From Octopus vulgaris (taxonomy: Eukaryota), in the NCBI GenBank assembly GCA_951406725.2, contig OX597818.1, forward strand, positions 38,378,001 to 38,442,000: 64,000 bases of DNA, read 5' to 3'. Made by a program: the position numbers and the translations under genes. Every line of letters begins with the position of its first letter. Position 1 is the first letter of the stretch. Shown one piece after another: positions 1 to 11,974 of this stretch. Under the pieces are notes generated by a model that saw only the letters and a list, made by a program, of their open reading frames with translations, searched no databases and was not told the DNA's origin.

Positions 1-600
1 TGGTAAGCAGGTCTTCTTGAGTACAGCAATCTGCCACAATATCTTGGTCCTGTCATCTCCTTTGTAAGGCTCATCATTTTGAGATTAGCCTTCAATACTT
101 CATCCCATGTCTTCCTCTTCCACAACTTCCTTCTACTTTAAGTGATCAGTATTTCATAAAGCAACTGTCGGCATCCATCCGCATCATATAACCACACCAG
201 CACAGTCCCCTCTCTTGCACACTGCATATAATTCCTCTTATGCCCAACATCACTCTCATTACACCAGTACTGACATTGCACAACCAGCAAAGCATACTAG
301 CTTTGTACCACTCTTGCCTTTGTATGTCCTTTGCATTTAGGGTCCATGTATCACTACCATACTGCATACAATCTTCCCTTTAATTAGAGAGAGAGAGAGA
401 CCATTGGTTGCCAACAGAGGTAAAAGCTGTCAGAACTTTTTCCATCTTATTCTAGAATGTACACTTTCTGAACAACCTCCTCCACTGCTACTTATGTTAT
501 CTAGGTAGCAAAACTTATCTACAATTCCAGAGAACCACTGGGACATTCAAGGAAAGAGGTTTCCTGTGTATCTTTGGGTTTTATGACTCCCATACATCTT
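1..600 (-). mobile_element. Degenerate RTE-clade LINE, RT C-terminal region
   Basis: Translated remnants (YGSDTWTLN, MLCWLCNV) homologous to the + strand copy at 11975-12955; many stops. Confidence 0.8.
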
Positions 601-771
601 CCACATACATATGTATACATATTTATATATGTTTTTATGTTAAGCTGTATATAAAAACAACTTAACATTAAACCAAAGGATTACTGAATACTTTTTTTTG
701 TAGAGTACATGCTTATTAAAATTTTACAAGGTTGACATTTCAGCTTACTCATCTGCATATATATATATATA

Positions 772-942
772 TTATTTTACTTGTTTCAGTCATTTGACTA
801 CAGCCATGCTGGAGCACCACCTCTAGTTGAACAGATCGACACTAGCACTTATTCTATCAGTCACTTTTGCCAAACCATTAAGTTACAGGGTGTAAACACA
901 CCAACATCGATTGTCAAGCAATGGTGGTAGGGAGGAACACAA

Positions 943-945
<3 letters not shown>
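772..945 (-). mobile_element. 3' half of tRNA-derived SINE family D
   Basis: ttttacttgtttcagtcatttgact...gccatgctggagcac block shared with 43530-43965 and 62320-62724. Confidence 0.75.
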
Positions 946-984
<39 letters not shown>

Positions 985-1147
985 GTTATCGCCATACTAA
1001 TATGGCATTCTTATAAAAATAAGAATAAAGCTGTCCGCTTATTAGCTCCATGAGGCCATCGCCTTAAGTTAGCTATTTGATACACAAACTGTATCCATAT
1101 AACCTTCGAACAAGGGAGGTCAGTCGCTCCACACTACTTGACCGGTA

Positions 1148-1189
1148 GCTACAGACGCGTTTCGGGGTATTGCCCCTTTTCAATGCAGC
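1148..1189 (-). ncRNA. Second copy of the same hammerhead motif in the inverted repeat
   Basis: Exact reverse complement of 1602-1643. Confidence 0.75.
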
Positions 1190-1601
1190 GTAGCCAGACC
1201 AGTAGGTGTCGCTTCTGACAATCTCTGTTCAAAGGTTTTATTTACCTAGCTTCGGTGGAATACATCCACTTGTTTTCAATAATAGAAATATTAAATATTA
1301 AAATTATTATAACCTTGTTCGAAGGTTATATGGATACAGTTTGGTTATCAAATAGCTAACTTAAGGCGATGGCCTCATGGAGCTAATAAGCGGACAGCTT
1401 TATTCTTATTTTTATAAGAATGCCATATTAGTATGGCGATAACTATTATTTTCCGGGAACGCTGCCGTTGTTCTCTTTTAGAGAGACTTAGTAATTTTAA
1501 TATTTCTATTATTGAAAACAAGTGGATGTATTCCACCGAAGCTAGGTAAATAAAACCTTTGAACAGAGATTGTCAGAAGCGACACCTACTGGTCTGGCTA
1601 C

Positions 1602-1643
1602 GCTGCATTGAAAAGGGGCAATACCCCGAAACGCGTCTGTAGC
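1602..1643 (+). ncRNA. Minimal type I hammerhead ribozyme, variant core
   Basis: GCUGCA-UUGAAAA-GGGG caaua CCCC-GAAA-CGCG-UC-UGUAGC; stems I and II pair, palindromic stem III, GUC cleavage triplet ending at 1637. Confidence 0.75.
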
Positions 1644-1890
1644 TGCCGGTCAAGTAGTGTGGAGCGACTGACCTCCCTTGTTCGAAGGTTATATGGATAC
1701 AGTTTGTGTATCAAATAGCTAACTTAAGGCGATGGCCTCATGGAGCTAATAAGCGGACAGCTTTATTCTTATTTTTATAAGAATGCCATATTAGTATGGC
1801 GATAACTATTATTTTCCGGGAACGCTGCCGTTGTTCTCTTTTAGAGAGACTTAGTAATTTTAATATTTCTATTATATATATATAATTAAT

Positions 1891-2039
1891 TGTTATCGCC
1901 ATATTAATATGGCATTCTTATAGATATAAGAATAATCACTGCCGCTGGTCAGCTCCATGAGGCCACCGCCTTAAGATAGCTATTGATACACACTGTTGTA
2001 ATCTCTTTTATAGAGACTTAGTAATTTTAATATTTCTAT

Positions 2040-2040
<1 letters not shown>
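1891..2040. mobile_element. Diverged, internally deleted relative of the 980-1873 element
   Basis: Begins with the inverted terminus (gttatcgccata...) and ends with the direct terminus (agagacttagtaattttaatatttctatt) then (TA)n. Confidence 0.7.
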
Positions 2041-2071
<31 letters not shown>

Positions 2072-2344
2072 GGGCTTTTTTGACTTTCCGTCTACCAAAT
2101 CCACTCACAAGGCTTTGGTCAGAGGCTATAGTAGAAGACATTTGTCCAAGGTGAGCAATGGCAACAGGAAAAACATCCAACTATAAAAAAATTCACCTTA
2201 ACTATTTCTATGGTTAAGTGGATGCTAAACCAATGATGATATAAACTTTGAAATAGTGACATACAGGTTCTTTTGTAAAGATTTAGTTATGAATGAGAAT
2301 GCTTGTTGATTAACCTTTTAGTTGCCATGGTGACATACATTTCC

Positions 2345-2837
2345 TACATTCAGTTTAAAACTTTAACTTTTTGATGTATCCACTGGAGATGGCATGGACA
2401 CATTGAAACTCCGACGTCTGGCAGACACCCATAAAATTATTAACCATCTTACAAACAGTAACTCTGAGCACCTTTTCAAACTCCACCTGTCTAACACCTG
2501 TGGACATGTTTACTGAGTCAGAAAACAGCACAGCTCCCATAACTTTCGGAAACATTTTTTCACGCTAGAAGTTGCTGAAGTATGGAACAGACTGCCAGCA
2601 TCAGTTGTTAGTTGTCGGAGCACTGCATCCTTCAAAACTTCCATGCTTCCTGAGATTCGCCAACACTACACATGATTTTCTCCTACACACACACGCAAGC
2701 GTGTATCTGACTCATACACTGTTCACTTTTCAGACATATGTACATTACTGCATATACTTTATACGCACTTTTTGACATGTTGTGGTGCACCTGAGCACTG
2801 TATACAATAATTTCATTATTATTATTATTATTATTAT
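2345..2837 (+). mobile_element. CR1-clade LINE 3' end
   Basis: Translates ...HSSHNFRKHFFTLEVAEVWNRLPASVVSCRSTASFK..., a typical CR1 ORF2 C-terminus; (ATT)n tail. Confidence 0.85.
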
Positions 2838-3004
2838 ATATAATAGATGGTGACTACTACTATTACTATAACTAGAAATATTTTAATCAGAGAGATCAAA
2901 ACTTTAGATTATATATGGTAAATTAAATGTTGATAGTCTGATGATTCAGGACATGAAGATATTTTGAACGTATACAATTTCAATCTTGCAATTTTCAACA
3001 GCGA

Positions 3005-3125
3005 AGCTTTGACTTAACTTGAGACAGCATTCACCCAGGGTGGGTTGAGCTGGCTTCATTCATCCTCATTACTGCATCTTTCACAAACGCAGACCAGACC
3101 TGGCGATTTGAGGCTAACGACCGCG
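3005..3125 (-). mobile_element. Probable extreme 3' fragment of an RTE-like LINE
   Basis: Minus frame reads LASNRQVWSAFVKDAVMRMNEASSTHPG*, resembling RTE ORF termini (LA.DR..W...V). Confidence 0.45.
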
Positions 3126-3371
3126 TGATCTCCTCATGATCCTTCAAATATTCCTCAACAGTGAAGCCAGCAATATTGAAGACACTGAGGTTGATGTTTA
3201 GCCCCTGGGCATATGTATATAGCTATGGTAGATCAGCTGCTCCTAGGCCTATGCCTAAAGAAAATAAGTTACAAAGCTACAAGGTAGTATATGACCAATT
3301 CATATCAATGTGAATAAATAAGCATTATATTTGACTATATTATTTGATTATATAAATAAGCATTATATTGT

Positions 3372-3710
3372 GAAGGTGCATAGCTCAGTGGTTAGAGCGT
3401 CGAGCTTACGATCGTGAGGTTGTGAGCTCGAATCCCGGACCGGGCTGTGTGTTGTGTTCTTGAGCAAGACACTTTATTTCACATTGCTCCTGTTAACTCA
3501 GCTGTAGAAATGAGTTGCGACGTCACGGGTGCCAAGCTGTATCGGCACCTTTACCTTTCCCTTGGATAACACTGGTGGCATGGAGAGGGGAGGCCGGTAT
3601 GCATGGGCGACTGCTGATCTTCCATAAACCACCTTGCCCAGACTTTTGACTAGGAGGGTAACTTTCTAGGTGCAATCCCATGGTCAGTGTTGTGACCGAC
3701 GGGGGTCCCG
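3372..3710 (+). mobile_element. tRNA-derived SINE family B (other copies 34045-34345 -, 44376-44717 +)
   Basis: A box TAGCTCAGTGG, B box GCTCGAATCC, shared body ttcttgagcaagacactttatttc; inserted in a piggyBac-type MITE remnant ending ggggttaa at ~3746. Confidence 0.85.
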
Positions 3711-4609
3711 ATATTTGACAGAAAAAGATGAATGCTAAGGGGTTAAATGGCTAGAGCTTACTTGTACAAAACTGTCTTCATACCTCCTCAATTCAAAAAA
3801 TTATAAAAATATTCAAACATTCATTCAGGCATCTGTAATAATTACAAGTGCATCAAATTAGCTGAAAAAGGTTTATTGCAACACAAAATAGATAACAATA
3901 TATATTTTATTTTTATAGGACTATTTAGTTAACAAAATTCCTTTTGCAAATTCACATGTTTTTTAAAAAATTACCAAGAATTCCAAGCATATAAAAGGTT
4001 AGATTTGTTTGATACCACAAATAAATATATTGGAAACTTTTCACTAGTTCCAATTGTTATTAAGCAAATGACAAAATGTTAAATATTTTCTGACCTTGTT
4101 AACAGAAAAGCAATTAATAAAATGTTTAATATCCTCTGATGGTATTGTAAAGTAAAGCAGTTAATGAAATGCTATAAGAGACATTCCATAATCCATTGGT
4201 TGAATGGAGAATCAAAAGATTCAAGGCATTCTTGTACTTATCTGCCATAAATAATATCAGGGAAAATGATGTTTTACTCTCACAAAAATATATGAATATA
4301 AAACTGAAATATAATTATCAAATCTCTTCTCATATTTATTTACAACCTGTTGAATAAAATCAGGTCTCAAGAAGAACAAAAGAAAAAAAAAACTATGTAA
4401 AAATGCTTCCAACAAAGAAAAGTAACAATTAATAAGCTAATTTCAGTCAAATTAAACAGTTTAATTTTAATTATTTAGTTTCCCTTTTATTCAACTAATT
4501 AGCCGGTAAGCCAAGTAATGTAATATCACACAGTGAAATTACGCCCCTTTAAAAAGAATTCAAGAAATACAAATACCATTGTCAACTCCCTCTTCATGCA
4601 GTTATTTAA

Positions 4610-4810
4610 CCCTTTCGTTACCAACCCGGCTGAAACCGGCTCTGGCTCTTTGTTTTCATAAGTTTTGAATTCAAAATTTCCACCAAATCTTAGTCACAAT
4701 TTATGTTCCTAGCTCAATGATAACGATGTTATTTTACTAAATTCTTTCTTATAGTTAAAGTAATTGAAAGAAACACAGAGCATCTCAAAATAAATACAGT
4801 AACGAAAGGG
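4610..4810. mobile_element. piggyBac-type MITE family 1 (other copies 15256-15476, ~57290-57508)
   Basis: TTAA target duplication and CCCTTTCGTTAC...GTAACGAAAGGG terminal inverted repeats. Confidence 0.88.
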
Positions 4811-6675
4811 TTAAAAGAGGACACTCTCCATTGGCTGCTTTTACCTATTCAGAGGAAGATCAGAGCTTAGCACTATAACTCAACAAAGCAAATCATCAAA
4901 ATCCCTACTGCATATAAAAGTGAACTATACCTTCTCATGGCACTTATTTTATGGCAAGGTAGACTGGGCCAAGGACACTGTATAGTGGAGATGATAGAAT
5001 ACAAATAACTGACTCTTCGGACTAAAGGGCCAGTACTAACTTAACCAGTTTCAATTCTCAGTAAAAGACTGAATATTCCTTACCGGTGTGTGATATCTAA
5101 GTTATATTGTTTGTTTGCTTTTCATTTTAGTGTTATAACACTGAAAATATTTCTTGTAATTTGTCCAAAATATATTTAAAAATTGATTTTCACAAAATTT
5201 AGGAGATTTAAAAAAAAAATTTTATAATCAAAATCTACTCTCATCATATATATTACACCTGATACAAACAGGATAAAGGTGTAGTTTTCAGAATATCTAG
5301 AGTAAATAAAACCCAATCAAGCCTTTTCATTCAAAAAGTTAAAAGACTTGCTTTAATACCAACCCGATATATATATATATAATGAATATATAAAAATATA
5401 TTTTGATTTAAGACATTAAATAGATTTAGTTTTTCTTTTAAAATCTTTTGAGAGCATTACTCCAAAAGAGTTCACCTGGCAAGAATATATCAGTTCTATA
5501 GTTGAATGTGCAACTTTGACAATTTCCATTTCTTTACAAATCAGATCCATAATAATATATATATATATTTACATTTCCATAATGATACACTTTCATCCAA
5601 CCAAACATTCAAAAGGAAGCAAGAGTGCATCATGAAAGACAACTTTTCTAGGATTTACAGTCTTGAGATTACGGTTTTGAGAATTTCTGCTTGATATATG
5701 TCCTAGTGGTAGTTTGGTCCTCCTCTGATGAATTCATTTTTAAGTTTAACTTAAAATATTCAAGTCAGTATAGGAGCTTTTATGTAGTTGTTTAACTTGC
5801 TCAATATATCAGCTAAATCTCCCTCAACAAGGGCAGTGAGGTCTTTAAAATGAGGATCACAAACTTTAAGTTATAACTTTTAAAATAGATAAAGCTAAAA
5901 TGATCATAGCTAATGTAGTAATCACATGCTGAATTTCACATGCCAGACCTATCTAGCATAGCAAGAGGTGCTGCAATTGTCAGTTACTCCTATGCACCAA
6001 TCAAGCAAACCTGCAGTATGTCTTTGCTATAGATACTTTGAAACAAATCTAATCAGAGCTATCCAGCAAAAACAATTAATGTACATTTTAACTTTATAAA
6101 AAAAAAATTATAATCTTTGGCAAGCTTTGTCTTTCTTTTTGGTGGAAATAAGTTCCAATAGCTATAAAAAAGCTACACTTACATTTATCACTTTAGGAGC
6201 TGTAAACATATAAATTAGCCCTCTTTTCTGGAACACAAAAGCTTAATCAGAACACCACTCAAACAATTACATGTAATAAATATTCTGTAGAAGTAACACA
6301 TCACATTATAAATAATTATGATAAAAGTACATCTTATTTTCATCATATTATGCTTTTGGAGTAAATCATAGGGATGTATTTTTTGTTATCAGTTATAATA
6401 AAAGAACACAAATGATAGCAGTAGGAACTGAGCTTCACCAGTGAATATTAAAAGAGTATATCAAAAGTTCCTCCACAACAATTAACAGAAAAAAAATGAA
6501 AAAAAAAAATGAAAAATGCTAATAGAGCTTGAATGTTTGTCAAATAAAAAGGAAAATAAAATATAAAATTTATGAAAAAATAAAGAGCACTAATCCATTT
6601 TATAATAAAAAATATAACCCAAACAGAAAAATATACTCCCATTTCCATACAATGGAGATTTAAAAAAAAAACTTT

Positions 6676-6760
6676 TCAAACAAAATATTTTGGTGTTGCC
6701 ATTTGGTACAGCTGTTCACTTTGATCAGATGGAGCTGCAGCTGGGTAATAATGACCAAAT
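6676..6760 (-). CDS. CWH43: CWH43 exon 15, terminal (FGHYYPAAAPSDQSEQLYQMATPKYFV*)
   Basis: CCTTGCAG acceptor, phase 2; ends M.TPKYF plus TGA at 6676-6678, like the CWH43 C-terminus. Confidence 0.93.
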
Positions 6761-7044
6761 CTGCAAGGTAAAGTTTTTAAACATTTAATGCAATAGCAAA
6801 CAATTCTGACAATATTTAAACATACACACACACACAAATATATATTAGAAATATAAATATAAGAGAAACCTATAAGCACACCTAAAATTCAACAGGCTCT
6901 TAATGATAGCTAAAGAGGATATTAACTGTTCAAATGTGAATCAGTAACTTATGAGTTGTAGAGAAAACTGCATTGGTTAACAGTATTATAGAAAATAGAA
7001 AACATATTAAAGAGCTTAAAAGCACAAATTACATTCATATTTAA

Positions 7045-7244
7045 CCCATAAGCATTTAAACCAGCCATATTTGGCCTGTATATTAAACCTGTTTTATATT
7101 CAAACACCTACTCAATAATAACATTTTAAAAATAAATTATCTCATCATTGAAATCTTGAAGTTATGAAATAATGTTTAATTAATTCAAAACAATGTGACC
7201 AAAACAAGCATTACATTTGCCAGAATAATCTGAATGTTAAAGGG
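7045..7244. mobile_element. piggyBac-type MITE family 2, diverged copy
   Basis: TTAA-CCC...AAAGGG-TTAA ends; body homologous to 10179-10397. Confidence 0.75.
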
Positions 7245-7289
7245 TTAAGAACATTCAAAATTATGTATCTTACAAAGCATCACAAAGAA

Positions 7290-7509
7290 ATACTGGTTTC
7301 AAATTTTGGCACAAGGCCAGCAATTTGGGTGGAGAAGGGTAAGTTGATTACATCAACCCCAGTGATAAACTGGTACATATTTTATTGACCCTGAAAGGAT
7401 GAAAGGCAAAGTCAACCTTGGCAGAATTTGATCTCAGAAAATAAAGATGAATGAAATACTGCTAAGCATTTTGCCTGGCATGCCAACATTTCTGCCAGCA
7501 TGCCACCTT
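7290..7509 (-). mobile_element. Nin/Deu-domain-like tRNA SINE family A, diverged
   Basis: Core ctttgcctttcatcctttc.gggtc.ataaa..gtaccag on the minus strand. Confidence 0.8.
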
Positions 7510-7639
7510 ACACCAAGAGAAATATTGAGAGCAAAATCAAATTGCAACATTAGTTAATTACTATTATTCCATACACCCAGGATTTCTTTCTCACCTCCTA
7601 AACCAGTTTTACAAACACCATCTCTACACCTATAAAACT

Positions 7640-9110
7640 GTCTGACTACTGTTTTACTACACATTCACATGCTATGCAAAACACTCCATCACATTCAGGT
7701 AATTAAAACCATCCTCTTGGGTGTGTCCTTGCACATTCCACAAACAACCAAAATACATAAACCCAAATCTTTGAAATGGCTCACTCATAGCTGTATGGTA
7801 GTAGTTTGAGCAAAGAAGATGGCCTACAACATTTGGAGAAAACCATCCAACAAGCTGGACAGCTTTTACTGCCTCACACAGCCCACAAGTTGTATCATTT
7901 CCCAAACAGCAGCCAATCATTTTGGCCTTTAACCAAAAGCATCTCTCCCAACTTTGTAGAATCCTCCTCCTTCTCTTCCACTTCACAACTACATTGGTGC
8001 TGTAAGCAGTACTTTCATATTGAAAAAACCCCACTCCATTTGCAGCTTGCTTTGCATCCAACTTAACATGGCACCTATTAGGTAAATCTTCTCCACAATC
8101 ATCCCATTTTTTTTTCTTTTTCTTTTTTTTGTTCCTTCTTGAGCCATGCCTGGCTCATAAGGGCCGGTTTCCCAGTTTCTTGGCATATAGGTTCCCCCAC
8201 CTGGACGGGACGCCGGTCCGTCGCAGGTGAGCTGCAAGATGCAGGAGGAAGAGTGAGGTTGTGGCGAAAGAGTCAGCAGAAGTTCGCCATTACCTTGTCA
8301 GAGCCATTTGGAGCTTAGGTGATTTCACTCATAAACACACACATCGCCCGGTCTGAGATTCGAACTCACGATCCCTCGACCGTGAGTCCACTGCTCTAAC
8401 CACTAGGCCATGTGCCTCCACAATCATCCCTCTCCACTTTACCAAGTGTATCATGCACACATACATACACCAAGTGTGAAAAGACCTGTATTTACTTCAA
8501 ATCACCAAGGTCACACTGTATCTGACAATGATCTATCTATTTCTCTCAAATAATTAAACCCAAAGTTAGCCTCTATTCTCATACTGACCATCAGTGTCTC
8601 TTCCCCACCCTTGGAATATACCTGTCTTTGGAAAGACTCTACAGTGCACCTGATATTCATGAAGGGCAATTACTTTTACCTTGTCAACTACTGATTTATT
8701 GCTTTCATTTCCAACATCTAAAAAAGTGAGAGCTGGTTGTTTGTTGATAGCTCTCCAACACTTTGATTCTGTCTCACTCCTTAATGACCACTAGTATAAC
8801 TTTCATAAAACCAAATCTAATGGGGCCCTGCCCCTCTCCTTTGTCACTTACTAATAAACCCTTGCCCTTTAGAAATTTCATGGAAGCATTGCAGTTCACG
8901 TTTTGTAAAGCATTCAACCAAGTTTGCCATGTAAATGTCTGACATAAACTACCTGCTGTTGGGCTTACTTATATTGATGGAGCTCTCTCTAACCCTCATT
9001 ATATCAATTCTGATGTTGATCCCACATCCATCCTTCTACACATGAACAATAATCCAACTCAGACAATGTGACTCATGTAATATTTAAAATGAACTGACAT
9101 AATAAGACTT
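7640..9110 (-). mobile_element. Very degenerate retroelement-like relic (possibly L1/Tx1), interrupted by a SINE
   Basis: Higher GC, strand-skewed, broken Trp/Cys-rich frames; no diagnostic motif intact. Confidence 0.3.
8105..8421 (-). mobile_element. tRNA-derived SINE family C variant
   Basis: Head tggaggcacatggcctagtggttagagcagtggactc...gagttcgaatctc, A-rich tail; flanks share ccacaatcatccc (TSD). Confidence 0.85.
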
Positions 9111-9282
9111 ATATATGAGCAAATGGAAAAGAAAAAAAAAATTGATTGTTTACAAATCTCTGAGTACAGAAGATGTATGTGAACAACTTTGAAATTCATC
9201 AATTATAGGATTGCAATTAGAATTAAAATTAAAAGTTTTACTTAGAAAGAAACAAAAATATAGAATTTACTCTTTTACGTAC

Positions 9283-9438
9283 TTTCTTGAGAAACGTTGA
9301 TACTCAGGCACATCTTCATGTCTGTGAAGGACTACATGGTTATCTTTGTTTGAAGAAGGATTTTTGGGGATTTTAAATTTAGCCATTTGAATTTCTGTGT
9401 CACTCAGTTCTCCTCTTGATATCCGGGCATAGGCAAGG
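9283..9438 (-). CDS. CWH43: CWH43 exon 14 (LAYARISRGELSDTEIQMAKFKIP...YQRFSR)
   Basis: GTTTAG acceptor, GTACGT donor; YARIS...LSD.EIQMAKF motif. Confidence 0.95.
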
Positions 9439-10178
9439 CTAAACACAAAAAGCAGAACCACAAACAAAATGACTAATGTTCACTGGAAAAATATTTCAAG
9501 ACAATGGAAACATTTTATTTACATTACAAATTAAAAAAACTGAAACTCCTTTTCTTCTTTATTCAAATCAAAATATAATTCTGCCCAGCTTTTAATAATA
9601 ATTTCTTTAATCTTTAACAAGTTCTTTATCGATAATTGCTGAGTTAATACCTCTTACCATTTATAGAAAGTAGCCATCTAATTTATTATACATCCATACA
9701 TATTATATTTCATCAAATATACCATCATTATTTGAACCTTAAATATTCGTGATCTAAGAGTGCCTTGGAAAAGTCAAAGACTAAGAGATGTAGTTCCTAA
9801 CAGAAAATATAGTGTGGCTACCCTAAGAGAATAGACTGATCACTTGTCTTCCTTTCAGCAACTGCTGTATCCAAACTATTGTCAAAATAGTGAAGCAAGC
9901 ACTAAAATATAATGTGGTAAGAATGGCATTTAATTAAGGATAGTTTGAATATTAAATTAGAAACAGGGATGACAACTCAAAAAAAAAAAAATTCTCTGGA
10001 ATGGGTTGACACACCAGTGAGTTAACACTAAAATTGAAACTAAGCAATGCATAGAGGTAATAATAATTTCATTTTTGGCAGACACTGAAAACTTTGGACA
10101 TGTTTCAGTTTTATTAGACTTCCTTTGTGAAGTATAGTTACTTATTAATGAGATTGAGAAGGATCCTCACATCTTTAA

Positions 10179-10397
10179 CCCTTTAGTGTTCAGATTATTC
10201 AATCAAACATAATGCTTATTGATTCCCATTGATTTGGATTAATCATGCATTATCTCATATCTTCAAGATCTTGATGGTGTAATTACTTAATCTAGAATAA
10301 CATTGTAGGGTAGGTGTGAGAGCCTGGATCTGGTCAGTTTGAACATAAAACAGATTCGCTATTTTGGTCGGATATGACCGGTTTAAATACTAAAGGG
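10179..10397. mobile_element. piggyBac-type MITE family 2 (other copies 17924-18143, 19526-19746)
   Basis: TTAA TSD and CCCTTTAG...CTAAAGGG inverted termini. Confidence 0.88.
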
Positions 10398-10997
10398 TTA
10401 AAGCATAGGATTTCCATACTTAACAGCTAAACATTCCCTGAATGCCACTCTAGTTTTATAGGCCATAGCCAGTCCCAAATGAAGGATGCCTCCTCCTCAT
10501 CTCACCACCATCACCACCACCACCACCGCCACTACAAACATACCTTTAAATCTTACAGATTTTAAAATGTTCAATTCGTTTTTAACTTATTTTTACAAGA
10601 CACCTCAAAATATTGAAGAGTATTTTTCTAGTTTGTTTACTGTCCTGCGTATCTATGGAATAAGCATAAAATGTTCTCTTCTCTATAGAGATATAAAAGA
10701 AACATTCACAGCTAAAGACAGTTTTATCAATTGGGAGCATACTGACTCCAGGAATCATCACAACAGCATATTTAGTGTAAATAGAGAGACCATCAAACTA
10801 AAGTTAGCTATTTGAATTCTTGCAGAGAGAACCAGACTGACATATAACTAAAGAATGTTCAAGGATGACTAATGAAAACAGTGTTCATATTGAAGTGAAT
10901 AAATACATATTTTTCAAAATTTCTTCAAATTACTGACATTTCAGAATTTGGGAATACATAGTAATGTAATTGGTTAATAAATATTTCTTATCATATA

Positions 10998-11486
10998 TAT
11001 TTCTTTACTACCCACAAGGGGCTAAACACAGAGAGGACAAACAAGGACAGACAAATGGATTAAGTCGATTATATCGACCCCAGTGCGTAACTGATACTTA
11101 TTTAATCGACCCTGAAAGGATGAAAGGCAAAGTTGACCTCAACGGAATTTGAACTCAGAATTTAGTGGCAGACGAAATACCACTAAGCATTTCGCCCGGC
11201 GTGCTAACATTTCTGCCCAGATTCTGCCAGGCTGATTCAGTCCAGTTAGGGACATCACACATATCTTATGGTGTTGGAGTAACCCAACCATTTTTTTTGT
11301 ATATGACCAGTGCCAGTGGCACATAAGAGAACCATCCGAACGTGCAACTAGTACTTAATTTATTGACCCCGAAAGGATGAAAGGCAAAGTTGACCTTGGC
11401 GGAATTTGAACTCAGAACATAACGGCAGATGAAAAACGGCCACGCATTTCGCCCGGCGTGCTAACGTTTCTGCCAGCTCGCCGCCT
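10998..11486 (-). mobile_element. Composite insertion: two family A SINEs with an unrelated ~120-bp spacer
   Basis: Two Nin-like cores; a single TSD tttcttatcatata at 10984-10997 and 11487-11500. Confidence 0.8.
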
Positions 11487-11576
11487 TTCTTATCATATAA
11501 TCATGTTACTAACACATTTCTTATCATATAATCATGTTACTAACACATAAATAAGAAAAATAAAAGAGTCTCATAC

Positions 11577-11726
11577 CGAACTAGCTTTTTATACATTATA
11601 TATTGACACCAACGATCATGATCTGTTGGGTCAATGTCTTTCATTTGACCTTCTTCAATAAACTGGGTATAATCTCGGCCATATGGGTATGATGTTACAT
11701 ACCCAAGAAATACAGCAGGATTTGGA
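11577..11726 (-). CDS. CWH43: CWH43 exon 13 (PNPAVFLGYVTSYPYGRDY...KDIDPTDHDRWCQYIMYKKLV)
   Basis: TTACAG acceptor, GTATGA donor; FLGY.TS.P and DID..D.DRWC.YI.Y motifs. Confidence 0.96.
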
Positions 11727-11974
11727 CTGTAAATAAAAAATTCACATAATCTTAAATATAAAATAAACTGTAAAACAATTTTGATTATGATGATGTAAAC
11801 ATTATAATGAAAAAAAAATCAATCAAAAATGTTGATTTCTTTGAAATATATGCTTTATTTAGTTTTACATATGGAGGTTAAAGATGACTTGTATTGGAGA
11901 AGACAAAAAATTGTTTATAAAATTAGGATTAAAAATCTGGGCAAATATTGTCAATAAAAACATTATATATTCAT

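Larger units (their letters stand above)
980..1873. mobile_element. Non-autonomous Penelope-like (pLTR/retrozyme-like) element: inverted copy plus partial tandem of a 363-bp unit
   Basis: 980-1306 is the reverse complement of ~1492-1811; 1313-1510 is directly repeated at 1676-1873; near-identical copies; flanked by (TA)n; contains a hammerhead motif; no ORF. Confidence 0.8.

Noticed and set aside
3760-6675. Defined 3' UTR end and poly(A) site of CWH43
   Set aside because: Several AATAAA/ATTAAA candidates in AT-rich sequence; cannot choose without transcript data
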